Shown here piece by piece: positions 34,561 through 44,838 of a stretch of DNA of 64,000 nucleotides; the stretch's first letter is position 1, and the number at the start of each line of letters is the position of its first letter. The position numbers were made by a program, and so were the translations under genes. The DNA comes from Deltaproteobacteria bacterium (lineage in GTDB: Bacteria > Desulfobacterota > DSM-4660 > Desulfatiglandales > Desulfatiglandaceae): assembly GCA_019307815.1 (NCBI GenBank), contig JAFDIV010000003.1, forward strand, positions 6,353 to 70,352. Reading direction: 5' to 3'. The notes under the pieces were generated by a model, which was not told the origin of the DNA, made no database searches, and was given only the letters and a program-made list of their open reading frames with translations.

Positions 34561-35670
34561 CTATATGGATACCAGCTCGTAATCCCGCGAGCCTAACCCA
34601 AGCTCTGCCGCATAATCGAGCTGTATGGTCCAGTCAATCTTCGGATAGAGGGCTCGAAATTTATCCTCTCCTGGTTGCTGGCCGCTTGCCATACACGAGC
34701 CCTTTGTAGCAGCTTGGCTGTTGACTAGATCCGCGGCTGCTTGATCAATGGCCACGGGGTCAGTTGATGCAAGGATACCTATATCTTGGACAATGGGCGC
34801 ATCGCTATGTCCGTAACAATCACAGGCGGGGGAGATGGAGGTAAGGAAATTCAGGAAAAAGGCCCTGTCCTTTTTGCCCTGAAGCACGGCCGCTGTGTAT
34901 TCCACCATCTTCTTTTGGAACAGGGGAACATCTTGGCTCCACTGGATATCAATGGCCTTGTTGGGGCAGATTAGTATACATTCCCCGCATCCAATACACT
35001 TTTCCGGGTCAATCTTGGCCTTTTTCTCTATAAGGGAAATGGCCTGTTGAGAGCAATGGGCCACACAGTCCCCACAGCCCACACATTTCTTCCGCTTTAC
35101 CTTTGGGGCCATATCAGAGTGTTGCTCCAGCTTGCCGCGCCGAGAGGCGCAGCCCATCCCAAGGTTCTTTATAGTCCCACCAAAGCCAGTTAGCTCATGG
35201 CCCTTGAAATGGGCCACGCTGATGAGGGTATCGGCCTCTGCAATGTCCTTTCCCACATAGGCCGTTTTTATGATCGCCTTATTGATCTCCACTTCCGTAT
35301 AGGAGCCCCCCCTGAGGCCGTCAGCAATGATAATGGGGGCGCGCACCACTGAGTAACTGAACCCATTTTCGATAGCCGTGATGATATGAGAGACACTATC
35401 GCTCCGAGTCCCTGCATACAACGTATTAGTGTCAGTAAGAAAGGGGTTCCCACCCAATTCTCGAACCCTTTCCACCACCTGCCGAATGAAAATGGGGCGA
35501 ATATAGGCGGTATTGCCCTTTTCACCAAAATGAAGTTTTATGGCCACCAGGGCACGCGAGGGGATGACCTGCTCTAGGCCTGCAGTGTCCATCAAACGAG
35601 CTAATTTGGCCAAGAGGTTTTCCTTATTAGAGGCCCTTAAATCGCTGAAGTAGACCTTGCTGGCTGGCAT
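34561..35670 (-). CDS. DUF362-domain protein with a 2x[4Fe-4S] ferredoxin insert
   Basis: 369 aa. The N-terminus KVYFSDLRA...IKLHFGEKGN is typical of DUF362. Two CxxCxxCxxxC(P) motifs are present: CVGCGDCVAHC and CIGCGECILICP. Confidence 0.7.
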   Translation of the reverse strand: MPASKVYFSDLRASNKENLLAKLARLMDTAGLEQVIPSRALVAIKLHFGEKGNTAYIRPIFIRQVVERVRELGGNPFLTDTNTLYAGTRSDSVSHIITAIENGFSYSVVRAPIIIADGLRGGSYTEVEINKAIIKTAYVGKDIAEADTLISVAHFKGHELTGFGGTIKNLGMGCASRRGKLEQHSDMAPKVKRKKCVGCGDCVAHCSQQAISLIEKKAKIDPEKCIGCGECILICPNKAIDIQWSQDVPLFQKKMVEYTAAVLQGKKDRAFFLNFLTSISPACDCYGHSDAPIVQDIGILASTDPVAIDQAAADLVNSQAATKGSCMASGQQPGEDKFRALYPKIDWTIQLDYAAELGLGSRDYELVSI

Positions 35671-35844
35671 GGCTTTGCTCCTTTCTTAATCGGAAGATGA
35701 ACTATGTTCACATATTTGCGTAGCGCACAAAGGTGAGAATTTGATCAAAAAACACATCTATATACCTTATCACTTTCACGATAGCCTATAAATATCATTG
35801 GCTGAGGTGTCAATGCTGAAACCACAGCCAATCCATTTTTTCCA

Positions 35845-35873
35845 TTGACAAGAAAAAGGCCCTTGCATTAATA
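35845..35873 (+). promoter_or_regulatory. Candidate sigma70-type promoter
   Basis: TTGACA at 35845-35850, a 17-nt spacer, then TTAATA at 35868-35873, in the 400-bp gap upstream of the rhodanese-like gene. Confidence 0.3.
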
Positions 35874-36077
35874 AGAAACGATATATTTCTGGGAATTTTG
35901 TTTGTCACCAATTAGTACCTATCCAAAAATTGTCATTTTCGGAGAGGAGTAGTCGGCCTTCAGCTCTCAGCAAATAAGACACTAAGCTGACCGCTGAGGA
36001 CTTTATTCAGCCTGCGTGCTGTAAGCCCGCCTCATCGTGGGCAGGCAGGAGATGCTCGATTTATGGATGGAAACTAA

Positions 36078-36809
36078 TTGGACATTCCATTAGAAGTGGA
36101 AGAGGACATGGGGATCAGCCCTGAGGAAAAGGTAATGAAAGCACAAAGCCATTCATCTGAGCCAGCTGCAGTTGCCCACCTAGGGACTGGGGTAAACGTT
36201 ATTTTAACCCTTATCTTTGCCCTGTGCTTATCTATTTCGGTTTTTGCGGGGAGTGGGGTTTATGCCCAGGGACCTAAGAAGATCCTAAGTATAGAGGCAT
36301 ATGATATGCTTAATACGGTCCCAGATACCTATTTGATTGATATCCGCACTAGGGCAGAATATCAATTTGTCGGGCATCCGGTTGGTGCTTATCTGTTTCC
36401 ATATGTCTTCTATACCAACACCCTTGGAAGAGACGGTGAGCGCGTCTGTTATCTTTTTAATGCGAAAAATAAGGCCTTTGTTCAAGAAATAGGAAAGGTA
36501 TTTAAGAAGACCGACAACCTGTTGATTATCGGCAGAGACGGCACACGCAGTGCCTTGGCCGCAAAAGAACTTGTGGAGGCGGGGTTCAAACATGTCTTTG
36601 ATGTGGAAGACGGGTTTGAGGGCCCCCTATTTCCATCCTTTAAGGATGCGAACAAGGACAAATTTTACCGACAATTGGCCAAGCGAAACAAGATCTTTGG
36701 GTATAATCATAGAAGACATTATGGATGGCAATGGTGGGGATTACCGTGGACCTATGTCATGGATCCAAAATATCTTTATCCCCCTGACCTAGCCCCTAGA
36801 AAAAAGTAA
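36078..36809 (+). CDS. Rhodanese-like domain protein (active-site Cys apparently replaced), membrane-anchored or secreted
   Basis: 243 aa. It has the rhodanese-fold strings YLIDIRTRAEYQFVGHP and LLIIGRDGTRSALAAKEL. The position of the catalytic C in C-R-x-G-x-R is G. There is an N-terminal hydrophobic segment. Confidence 0.6.
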   Translation: MDIPLEVEEDMGISPEEKVMKAQSHSSEPAAVAHLGTGVNVILTLIFALCLSISVFAGSGVYAQGPKKILSIEAYDMLNTVPDTYLIDIRTRAEYQFVGHPVGAYLFPYVFYTNTLGRDGERVCYLFNAKNKAFVQEIGKVFKKTDNLLIIGRDGTRSALAAKELVEAGFKHVFDVEDGFEGPLFPSFKDANKDKFYRQLAKRNKIFGYNHRRHYGWQWWGLPWTYVMDPKYLYPPDLAPRKK

Positions 36810-36822
36810 GGAGGTTATCCTG

Positions 36823-36999
36823 ATGGATAGTGAACAGTTAGTGGAGCTTCTTAATCAGGTGGAAGAGAAGGGGATAAGCTGGGAGAAACTGGAGGAAGAT
36901 CTCAAGATTTCGCGAGAATTGCTGAATCTTTATGCCCAGTCTGGGCCTGTGCCTCCTCGCATAATTAATAACTTAAAAAAATTTATTGACGAAAATTAA
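36823..36999 (+). CDS. Small hypothetical protein (58 aa), below the ORF-track cutoff
   Basis: The ATG is preceded by AAGGAGG (36808-36814). The translation MDSEQLVELLNQVEEKGISWEKLEEDLKISRELLNLYAQSGPVPPRIINNLKKFIDEN has a helical, HTH-like character. Confidence 0.45.
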   Translation: MDSEQLVELLNQVEEKGISWEKLEEDLKISRELLNLYAQSGPVPPRIINNLKKFIDEN

Positions 37000-37111
37000 C
37001 TGACTGCCTTTCCAAAATTCTGCCAATGGATCTTTGACATATTGACAAGGAAGGTATCAGCTATTAATTTTTGTGCTAAAAAGACTTAGGAAGCAGAAAG
37101 GAGTTTTTGGT

Positions 37112-37435
37112 ATGGGCGATTTGCTCGAGGTCACAGATGAGAACTTTGAGGAGGAGATCCTTAAATCAGACATTCCTGCCCTGGTGGACTTTTGGGCTGA
37201 ATGGTGCCCGCCCTGTAAGATGGTGGGGCCTGTGGTGGAAGAGTTGGCAAAGGAGTACTACGGAAAGATAAAAATAGGGAAGATGAATGTAGATGAAAAC
37301 CGTCAGACCCCTGCAAAATATGGTATCAGGGCCATTCCCACCTTAATTTTGTTTAAGGACGGCAATGTGGCACAGACCATAGTGGGGGCTTTGGGCAAGG
37401 GCGCCATTGAGGAGGAACTCAAAAAGGTCTTGTGA
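37112..37435 (+). CDS. trxA: Thioredoxin
   Basis: 107 aa from the ATG after an AAAGGAG RBS. It has the WCPPCK active site and the IRAIPTLILFKDG motif. Confidence 0.93.
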   Translation: MGDLLEVTDENFEEEILKSDIPALVDFWAEWCPPCKMVGPVVEELAKEYYGKIKIGKMNVDENRQTPAKYGIRAIPTLILFKDGNVAQTIVGALGKGAIEEELKKVL

Positions 37436-37535
37436 TTTTTCCCCGACGCATGTTTCATGATAAAATAATTAATTTCAGCCCCGGCTTGGCCAAAGGCAAA
37501 GACGGGGATTTTATTTTTGAAAGGGCGGTATTTCC

Positions 37536-38453
37536 ATGAGGGATCTGATTATTGTGGGCGGTGGACCTGCCGGTCTCACAGCGGGCTTGTATGCCGCAAG
37601 GGCGAGGGTGGATGTGGTACTATTTGAAAGGATGGCTCCAGGCGGACAGGTTCTGTTGACAGACATTGTGGAAAATTATCCTGGTTTTCCTGATGGCATA
37701 TCCGGCTTTGAACTTATGGACAAAATGAAGCGCCAAGCCGAGTCCTTCGGACTCCCCATCGAAAACCGGGAGGTTCGGGGCTTTACCCTGAGCCCTGATA
37801 ATAAGGTAGTATCCACGGATAAAGGGGACGAGCAAACTAAGGCCCTGATCCTTGCCTGTGGCGCCAATCCAAAGAAATTGGGCATCGAGGGAGAACAGTT
37901 GCTCATAGGGAAAGGGGTTTCTTATTGTGCCACCTGTGACGGCCCCTTTTACCGGGACCAGGAGGTGGCCGTAATCGGCGGTGGTGATACTGCGGTGGAA
38001 GAGGCCCTATTCCTTACCCGGTTTGCCTCGAAGGTCTATTTGATCCATCGCCGAGATCAACTCAGGGCTACCAAGATTCTCCAGGAACGGGTAATAGGGC
38101 ACGAAAAGGTCCATATATTGTGGGATACCATCCCTGTCAAGATCCTAGGGCAGACGGGGGTGGAAGGCATTGAGATACAGAACGTAAAAACTGGGAAGAC
38201 CTCAGTATTGAGGGTTCAGGGTGTGTTCGTATTTATTGGCTTTGAACCCAACAGCGAGCTCATTAAGGGCTTGCTGGAACTAGATAATAGAGGATTCATA
38301 ATAACAAACGCCGAGATGGAGACCTCTGTGCCGGGTGTATTTGCTGCTGGGGATATCCGATCCAAGAATCTGCGCCAAATATCTAATGCGGTGGGTGAAG
38401 GGGCTACGGCGGCCTTTGCTGCAGAAAGGTATCTGGAAAATATTCACGGATGA
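37536..38453 (+). CDS. trxB: Thioredoxin-disulfide reductase
   Basis: 305 aa. It has FAD-binding GGGPAG, the redox-active CATCDG, NADPH-binding GGGDTAVEEA, and a C-terminal GVFAAGD. Confidence 0.93.
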   Translation: MRDLIIVGGGPAGLTAGLYAARARVDVVLFERMAPGGQVLLTDIVENYPGFPDGISGFELMDKMKRQAESFGLPIENREVRGFTLSPDNKVVSTDKGDEQTKALILACGANPKKLGIEGEQLLIGKGVSYCATCDGPFYRDQEVAVIGGGDTAVEEALFLTRFASKVYLIHRRDQLRATKILQERVIGHEKVHILWDTIPVKILGQTGVEGIEIQNVKTGKTSVLRVQGVFVFIGFEPNSELIKGLLELDNRGFIITNAEMETSVPGVFAAGDIRSKNLRQISNAVGEGATAAFAAERYLENIHG

Positions 38454-38460
38454 ATAAGAT

Positions 38461-39162
38461 ATGTCTCGAAAATATGGATTGCCCGCAACTTTTATCGCTC
38501 TTAGCATGATTGCTATGCTGATGAGCGGGTGTGGCCTTTACAATAGCCTGTTTGGTGGTGAAGAGCCTGAAACTCCGCGCGCCCTTATGGAAAAGGGCAT
38601 GGAAAGCCTGCAAAGTGGCCACTATGACAGTGCTATAGACGCCTTTGAAAAGATCAAGGATCGCTACCCTTACAGCCGTTATGCCCTGACGGCCGCATTG
38701 AAATTGGCTGATGCCCTTTATAGAAAGGGTTCATATGATGAGGCCTATGATGTCTATGACGAATTTGAAAAGCTTCATCCAAAGAACCCAGAGATTCCGT
38801 ATGTGATATATCAAAAGGGGATGTGTCACTTTAGACAGGTGGGATCTATTGACAGGGACCAATCACACACTGTAAAGGCCAAGGAGGAATTTGAAAGGCT
38901 CATTAAACGATTCCCCCGCAGTCACTATGCGGCGCTTGCGGAAAAACGCCTGCGCTGCTGTTATATTGATCTGGCTGAACATGAGCTGTATGTGGGGCGA
39001 TTCTATTTCAAGATGAAGAAATATCAGGCTGCAAGGGGGCGATTTCTCTATGTTCTAAAACACTATCCTGATGTGGGGCAATACCATGAGGCTCTGAAAT
39101 ACCTTAGGATGTGCGAAGAAAAATTGGCCGAGGAAGAAGACAAACAAGCCAAAAAGGATTAA
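38461..39162 (+). CDS. bamD: Outer membrane protein assembly factor BamD (TPR lipoprotein)
   Basis: 233 aa. It has a lipobox (LMSGC) and TPR-like repeats of BamD/YfiO character (AIDAFEKIKDRYPYSRYA, EFERLIKRFPRSHYA). Confidence 0.75.
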   Translation: MSRKYGLPATFIALSMIAMLMSGCGLYNSLFGGEEPETPRALMEKGMESLQSGHYDSAIDAFEKIKDRYPYSRYALTAALKLADALYRKGSYDEAYDVYDEFEKLHPKNPEIPYVIYQKGMCHFRQVGSIDRDQSHTVKAKEEFERLIKRFPRSHYAALAEKRLRCCYIDLAEHELYVGRFYFKMKKYQAARGRFLYVLKHYPDVGQYHEALKYLRMCEEKLAEEEDKQAKKD

Positions 39163-41804
39163 CTTGCTGCCTCTTTTACGATTTTATACGCCTGGTCAAG
39201 GGCCTCACCCAGCTTATCAGGATTTGGCCCTCCTCCCTGAGCCATATCCGGGCGGCCGCCCCCTTCTCCCCCCACAACTTCAGATAGTTCTTTTATAAGA
39301 TCCCCTGCCTTGAAGCGGTCCACCAAATCAGGGGTGACCACACAGGTCAGCATGGCCTTTTGTCCCTTTTTCGCGCCAAGGACAATAATGCCCGAATGGA
39401 GCTTGTCTTTCAATCGATCAGCGGATTCACGTAACTCCTTTGGGGAATCGGCTTCGATTTCTTTGGCAAGCACCTTGACCCCTGAGATCTCCTGCACCTC
39501 AGAGAGGATATCTTCAGATTTTTTGGTCAACAGCTTGGCCTTCAGGGATTCAATCTCCTTTTCCTTTTGTCTAAGGTCCTGGAGCATCCCCTTTACCCGG
39601 TCTTGCACTCGGTCAGGCCCAACTTTTAGCAACTCTGCCATGACCTTCAATTGCTGGTCCTGGGCCTGATCATGCCTGAGGGCCCCCTCGCCCGTAAGGG
39701 CCTCGATCCTTCTCAGGTTGGCTCCAACCGAACCTTCATTAATGATACGGAACAGGCCAATATCGCCTGTCCTGGCCGTATGGGTGCCACCGCAAAGCTC
39801 TTTGCTCACCCCATCACCCATGCACACCAGTCTTACCCGCTCACCATACCGCTCTTCGAAGATAGCCATGGCCCCAGTCTTCATGGCCTCTTCCCTCTCC
39901 ATCTCGGTAACAGTAATGGGCAGGTTTTCCCTGATTCGCTTGTTAACCCATCTTTCCACCTCTTGAAGCGTGTCCAAGCCCACTTGGGTAAAGTGAGTAA
40001 AGTCAAACCGAAGCCTGTCTGGAGAAACAAGAGAACCTGCCTGTTTTACATGCTCACCTAGGATTTCGCGCAGAGCAGCATGAAGGAGATGAGTAGCCGA
40101 GTGATTAAGGGCTGTGGCCTGACGTCGTTCCTCATCCACCTTAGCCACAACTTTGTCGCCAACATTCAACTTCCCTTTCTCAAGGAGGCCTCGGTGTACA
40201 ATCAAGTTTTGTCCTACCTTTACGGTGTCTTGTACCTGAAGCACCACTCCATCAGAACTAATAATTCCCTTATCACCCACTTGGCCTCCGGACTCGCCAT
40301 AAAAAGGAGTTTGGTCCAAGACCACCTCGATCTCTTCTCCTTGTTGGGCTGCCTTTAATTCCTTGTCTCCAGAGACAATAGAGACCACCTTGGAAGTCGC
40401 CTCCAGCCTCTCGTAGCCCAGGAAGCCGGACTTAAGGCCATGGCTGAGGAGTTTCTTGTAAACCTGGGGAATATCCTCTTCACCACTGCCCCTCCATGAG
40501 GCCTGGGACATCTGTCGCCTTTGTGCCATGGCTTCTTCGTAACCCTTGATGTCTACGGTTAGGTCCTCATCTCTGGCAACATCCTGTACAATGTCTATGG
40601 ATAGGCCATAGGTATCATAGAGCTTAAAGGCAACGGCGCCGGGTATAAGGGCTTCCCTTCTTTCCTTGACCTTTTCTATTTCCTCGTTGAGCACTCTCAT
40701 GCCATAACGTAGTGTATCTGCGAATCGGTTTTCCTCGTTTTTTACTAGTCCCTCTATGAACTCCTTGGATTGGACCAATTCATCATAGTCCTGACCCATT
40801 ACTTGGATGACTCTGGAACAAACTTGGTGCAGGAATGGGGGCTCTAATCCTAGGTTTTGGCCGAACCTAAGGGCCCGCCGTATGATCCGGCGCAATACGT
40901 ACCCGCGGCCCTCATTTGAGGGGAGAACACCGTCTCCAATCAAAAAGGCGGCTGCCCTTGAGTGATCAGCAATCACACGGAATGCCACATCCTGCCTGTT
41001 ATCATTGCCGTATTTTTTGTTGGAGAGCCTTTCCACCTCTCCAATAATATCCTGGAACAAGTCCGTATCATAATTGGAGTGGACCCCTTGTACCACGGCT
41101 GCTATGCGTTCTAATCCCATGCCTGTGTCAATATTGGGGCTGGGTAGGGGGACAAGGCTGCCGTCAGGCTGGCGATCAAACTGGGTAAAGACCAGGTTCC
41201 ATATCTCCAAGTAACGATCACAGTCACAGCCTGGAGCACAATCAGGCCTCCCGCAACTAAGCTCTTCGCCTTGGTCAATTAAGATTTCTGAACAAGGTCC
41301 ACAGGGTCCCGTATCCCCCATGGCCCAGAAGTTATCCTTCTCACCCAAACGCACTATTCTCTCATGCGGGATGCCGATTTCCTTGTTCCATATGTCGTAG
41401 GCCTCATCATCATCTTTATATACAGAGACGTATAGCTTGTCTTTTGGGAGTCCGAAACCCTCTGTCAGGAGCTCCCAGGCCCACGCTATGGTTTCCCTCT
41501 TGAAATAGTCGCCGAAGGAAAAATTCCCCAGCATCTCGAAAAAGGTATGGTGCCGTGCTGTGTACCCCACGTTTTCAAGATCATTGTGTTTTCCCCCGGC
41601 CCGCATACATTTCTGGGAAGTAACGGCCCGGGTATAGGCCCGTTTCTCTTCGCCCAGATAAAGCCTTTTGAACTGGACCATTCCCGCATTGGTGAAAAGT
41701 AGCGAGGGATCATCGTGCGGAATCAATGAGGAACTGGGCACAAGCTCATGGCCCCGTTCTACGAAAAAATCAATAAATGCCTGTCGTATTTCTCTAAAAT
41801 TCAT
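39159..41804 (-). CDS. alaS: Alanine--tRNA ligase
   Basis: 881 aa. It has FTNAGM, KHNDLENVG, HHTFFEMLGNFSFGDYFK, the editing-domain HSATHLLH and CGGTH, and a C-terminal DHHA1-like region. Confidence 0.97.
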   Translation of the reverse strand: MNFREIRQAFIDFFVERGHELVPSSSLIPHDDPSLLFTNAGMVQFKRLYLGEEKRAYTRAVTSQKCMRAGGKHNDLENVGYTARHHTFFEMLGNFSFGDYFKRETIAWAWELLTEGFGLPKDKLYVSVYKDDDEAYDIWNKEIGIPHERIVRLGEKDNFWAMGDTGPCGPCSEILIDQGEELSCGRPDCAPGCDCDRYLEIWNLVFTQFDRQPDGSLVPLPSPNIDTGMGLERIAAVVQGVHSNYDTDLFQDIIGEVERLSNKKYGNDNRQDVAFRVIADHSRAAAFLIGDGVLPSNEGRGYVLRRIIRRALRFGQNLGLEPPFLHQVCSRVIQVMGQDYDELVQSKEFIEGLVKNEENRFADTLRYGMRVLNEEIEKVKERREALIPGAVAFKLYDTYGLSIDIVQDVARDEDLTVDIKGYEEAMAQRRQMSQASWRGSGEEDIPQVYKKLLSHGLKSGFLGYERLEATSKVVSIVSGDKELKAAQQGEEIEVVLDQTPFYGESGGQVGDKGIISSDGVVLQVQDTVKVGQNLIVHRGLLEKGKLNVGDKVVAKVDEERRQATALNHSATHLLHAALREILGEHVKQAGSLVSPDRLRFDFTHFTQVGLDTLQEVERWVNKRIRENLPITVTEMEREEAMKTGAMAIFEERYGERVRLVCMGDGVSKELCGGTHTARTGDIGLFRIINEGSVGANLRRIEALTGEGALRHDQAQDQQLKVMAELLKVGPDRVQDRVKGMLQDLRQKEKEIESLKAKLLTKKSEDILSEVQEISGVKVLAKEIEADSPKELRESADRLKDKLHSGIIVLGAKKGQKAMLTCVVTPDLVDRFKAGDLIKELSEVVGGEGGGRPDMAQGGGPNPDKLGEALDQAYKIVKEAAS

Positions 41805-42823
41805 TATGATGACTCTTCCACTCCCTTTTTCTCTCGTAATGATTTTAATCCGCTTTTTTCAAGAATCAGATTACCAATTTTGTCCCTGATGTCTGTATGT
41901 TCGGCCAAGAAGCGTTTCACATTTTCTCGACCTTGCCCGATCCGTTCATCCCCAAAGGAATACCAGGAACCGCTTTTTTCCACAATCCCCATTGAAACAC
42001 CCAAGTCCAGGATGTCACCTTCCTGGGAGATCCCTTTACCGTAAATGATGTCGAATTCCGCTTCTTTAAACGGGGGGGCAATCTTGTTCTTGACCACCTT
42101 CACCCGAGTTCTGTTTCCCACAACCTCATCGCCTTCCTTGATGGCACCGATACGTCGGATATCCAGGCGCTGGCTGGCATAGAATTTGAGAGCATTTCCT
42201 CCTGTGGTGGTCTCGGGATTTCCGAACATGACCCCGATTTTCATTCTAATCTGATTAATGAAGATGACACAGGTCATGGATTTGCTGATGGTGGCCGTAA
42301 GTTTGCGCAGGGCCTGGGACATGAGGCGGGCCTGCAGCCCCACATGCTGGTCACCCATATCCCCTTCAATTTCCGCCCTTGGTACCAGGGCCGCCACCGA
42401 ATCGATCACCAGCGCGTCAATGGCCCCGCTTCGAACTAGGATCTCTGCAATATCCAGGGCTTGTTCCCCGGTGTCAGGCTGGGAGACCAACAGGCTTTCC
42501 ACGTCAACGCCCAATTTTCTTGCATAGGATATGTCCAGGGCATGTTCAGCATCTATAAAGGCCACCATACCCCCTTGTTTCTGTGCTTCGGCTGCAATGT
42601 GAAGCGCCAATGTGGTCTTTCCCGAGGACTCCGGACCAAAGATTTCCACGACCCTTCCTCTAGGGACACCACCAATGCCCAGGGCCAAGTCCAGGGACAA
42701 TGACCCGGTGGAAATGGCCGGAACATCCAATACTGGCCGATCTCCCATCTTCATGATGGAGCCACGGCCAAACTGCCTCTCAATTTGAGAGATGGCCTGC
42801 TCTACTGCTCTTTCTTTGTCCAT
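41804..42823 (-). CDS. recA: Recombinase RecA
   Basis: 339 aa from [24 protein letters not shown]. It has Walker A (GPESSGKTT) and the strings FIDAEHALD and [29 protein letters not shown]. Confidence 0.97.
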   Translation of the reverse strand: MDKERAVEQAISQIERQFGRGSIMKMGDRPVLDVPAISTGSLSLDLALGIGGVPRGRVVEIFGPESSGKTTLALHIAAEAQKQGGMVAFIDAEHALDISYARKLGVDVESLLVSQPDTGEQALDIAEILVRSGAIDALVIDSVAALVPRAEIEGDMGDQHVGLQARLMSQALRKLTATISKSMTCVIFINQIRMKIGVMFGNPETTTGGNALKFYASQRLDIRRIGAIKEGDEVVGNRTRVKVVKNKIAPPFKEAEFDIIYGKGISQEGDILDLGVSMGIVEKSGSWYSFGDERIGQGRENVKRFLAEHTDIRDKIGNLILEKSGLKSLREKKGVEESS

Positions 42824-42915
42824 GGGATCCCCCTTTCTGTCCATGACAAGGGTTACTTACAAAAAGCCCGCCTGTTTGTAAATAAAAGATCATGAGTAAC
42901 ATGGACCGTTGCCCA

Positions 42916-43515
42916 TTATTTCTTTCCCACAAGAGGCCAGGTCTGGAGCTTAGTATAGCGGGCTCCCTCTGGCCTTAAATCACTCCTGAAAAGGGTCAAT
43001 TCCTCCAGTCTGCACAGGGGGCTGTTCACCTCCTTGTGCCTGGAAAGAATCCCTTGTAATAAATCCCCACCACGGGCTCCTTTCCGGAATCTCCCCAAGG
43101 TAAGGTGGGGGCGGAAGGTTCGTTTTTCCTCTTTGGCACCAAAGGAGATCATGTGTTTTTGGAGGGCGTTGCGGAAAAAACCCATCCTTTCCACATCCCC
43201 TTCCACACCTGCCCACAAGACCCTTGGAGTGCGAAGGGTTCCAAAAATGCCAAGGCCCTTCAGGCGAATCTCAAAGGGTCCATACTTCATGCATACGGCG
43301 TGGACCTTTTCGCCAAGGGGGGTTACCTGATCCTGATTTACATTTCCCAAAAATATGACTGTCAGGTGAATGTTCCCTGGCCTCACCCATCGTACATCAA
43401 GTGGGCTGTTAACGAGTTCGTCGTATACGGTGTCGATAACCCCTCTTATCTCACGTGGCAACTCAAATGCCAGGAAGGAACGGATTGTTTGTGACATATC
43501 TTCTGACCCAATCAA
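42916..43515 (-). CDS. thpR: RNA 2',3'-cyclic phosphodiesterase (2H phosphoesterase, LigT/ThpR)
   Basis: It has two H-x-T-x motifs, HLTVIF and HLTLGR, with appropriate spacing. Confidence 0.85.
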   Translation of the reverse strand: MIGSEDMSQTIRSFLAFELPREIRGVIDTVYDELVNSPLDVRWVRPGNIHLTVIFLGNVNQDQVTPLGEKVHAVCMKYGPFEIRLKGLGIFGTLRTPRVLWAGVEGDVERMGFFRNALQKHMISFGAKEEKRTFRPHLTLGRFRKGARGGDLLQGILSRHKEVNSPLCRLEELTLFRSDLRPEGARYTKLQTWPLVGKK

Positions 43516-44719
43516 GTGCCATGGTAGCGCTTTGCTGTTTTACCTCTTCCCTGGTTCCCCAAAACCTATATCCTTTGGCAAATATCTTATCCCCTGTGGC
43601 AAGACCGATGAAGACCATGCCAACTGGCTTTTGGGGTGTGCCCCCTGTGGGTCCAGCGATCCCTGTGACGGCCAGGCCCAAGTCAGCACCCAAGGCATCC
43701 CTTATGCCCAAGGCCATCTCCCTGGCCGTGGCCTCGCTGACCGCCCCATGTTCCTCCAATGTTTTTTCTTTTACCCCCAATAACTGTATTTTTGCCCTGT
43801 TACTATAACATACAATGCCTCCTTGAAAGTACTCGCTGCTGCCGCTTACGTTGGTGATCCGGTGACCGATGAGGCCCCCTGTACAGGACTCTGCAAGGGA
43901 AAGGGTGAGTTTGCGGTCCACCAGAAGCCTTCCCATCACTTCTTCCATGCTTTCATTTCCTTGGGCAAAGATATAGGTGCCCATCACCTGCCGTATCTCT
44001 GCTTCCACCCGATCCAGCTCACCGGAGACCGTGGCTTCGTCTTCGCCCCTGAGACTCAGGGTGATGTGGATTTCGGGAAATTGGGGATAGAAACCCAATA
44101 CCACGTCTCCTGTCCTATCCTCAAGCTCCCGAAACATCTCCGCGATATGGGGCTCGGTCAAGCCATAAAGTTTCAATATCCTGGAGCGTGTCACTGGTAT
44201 TTCGTCATAGAAGCTCAGGAGTTCCGGAATAACCACCTTATCCATAAGGTATCGCATCTGCTCTGGCACGCCAGGTAGGAAATATAACCTCACCCCCTTT
44301 TCCACCAGGCAGAAACCACAGGCACGTCCCTCCGGGCTGAGCAGCCGAGAGCCATTGGGCATCCAGGCCATCTTTTCAAGAGAAGAGGTGATGGTCAGCC
44401 CTCTGGCCTTCGCATACTCTTCCAGGAGTCGAAACATTTTTTGGTCTAGGCTCAAGGGGCGGTTCAAGGCCTTTGCCACAATTTCGCTCGTTTTGTCATC
44501 CTGAGTAGATCCAAGTCCGCCTGTGACAATGATGAAACGGGAATTTTCCAGGGCCCTTTCCAGGGCCTCTGCCACCATGGGATAGTTATCCCCCACGGAG
44601 GTGATTCTAGTCACCTTCAGGCCAGCGGCCGTGAGCCGACCTGCCGCATACCAGCCATTCAGGTTCAAGGTTCTTCCCGAGGTGAGCTCATCGCCTATGG
44701 TAATGATTTCGCCGTACAT
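43463..44719 (-). CDS. cinA: CinA-family protein (MoCF-binding domain plus PncC nicotinamide-nucleotide amidase domain)
   Basis: 418 aa. The N-terminus is EIITIGDELTSGRTLNLN, followed by VTGGLGSTQDD. The C-terminal part has ESCTGGL...SGSS and GIAGPTGG. Confidence 0.88.
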   Translation of the reverse strand: MYGEIITIGDELTSGRTLNLNGWYAAGRLTAAGLKVTRITSVGDNYPMVAEALERALENSRFIIVTGGLGSTQDDKTSEIVAKALNRPLSLDQKMFRLLEEYAKARGLTITSSLEKMAWMPNGSRLLSPEGRACGFCLVEKGVRLYFLPGVPEQMRYLMDKVVIPELLSFYDEIPVTRSRILKLYGLTEPHIAEMFRELEDRTGDVVLGFYPQFPEIHITLSLRGEDEATVSGELDRVEAEIRQVMGTYIFAQGNESMEEVMGRLLVDRKLTLSLAESCTGGLIGHRITNVSGSSEYFQGGIVCYSNRAKIQLLGVKEKTLEEHGAVSEATAREMALGIRDALGADLGLAVTGIAGPTGGTPQKPVGMVFIGLATGDKIFAKGYRFWGTREEVKQQSATMALDWVRRYVTNNPFLPGI

Positions 44720-44838
44720 GAATGGCCTTTTTTGGCTATTGCGTTGATCTCATTTATTTCATGGCCCGGCCGCCGCAAAACCAGTGGACTTTATTATACC
44801 CCTATTGAGGGCATCTTGAAAGCCAGTGAACAGATTAA

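Noticed and set aside
41802-41806. The recA stop and the alaS start overlap (TAATG), with no recX between them.
   Set aside because: recA-alaS linkage is common, and the absence of recX at this position is not unusual enough to report as a finding.
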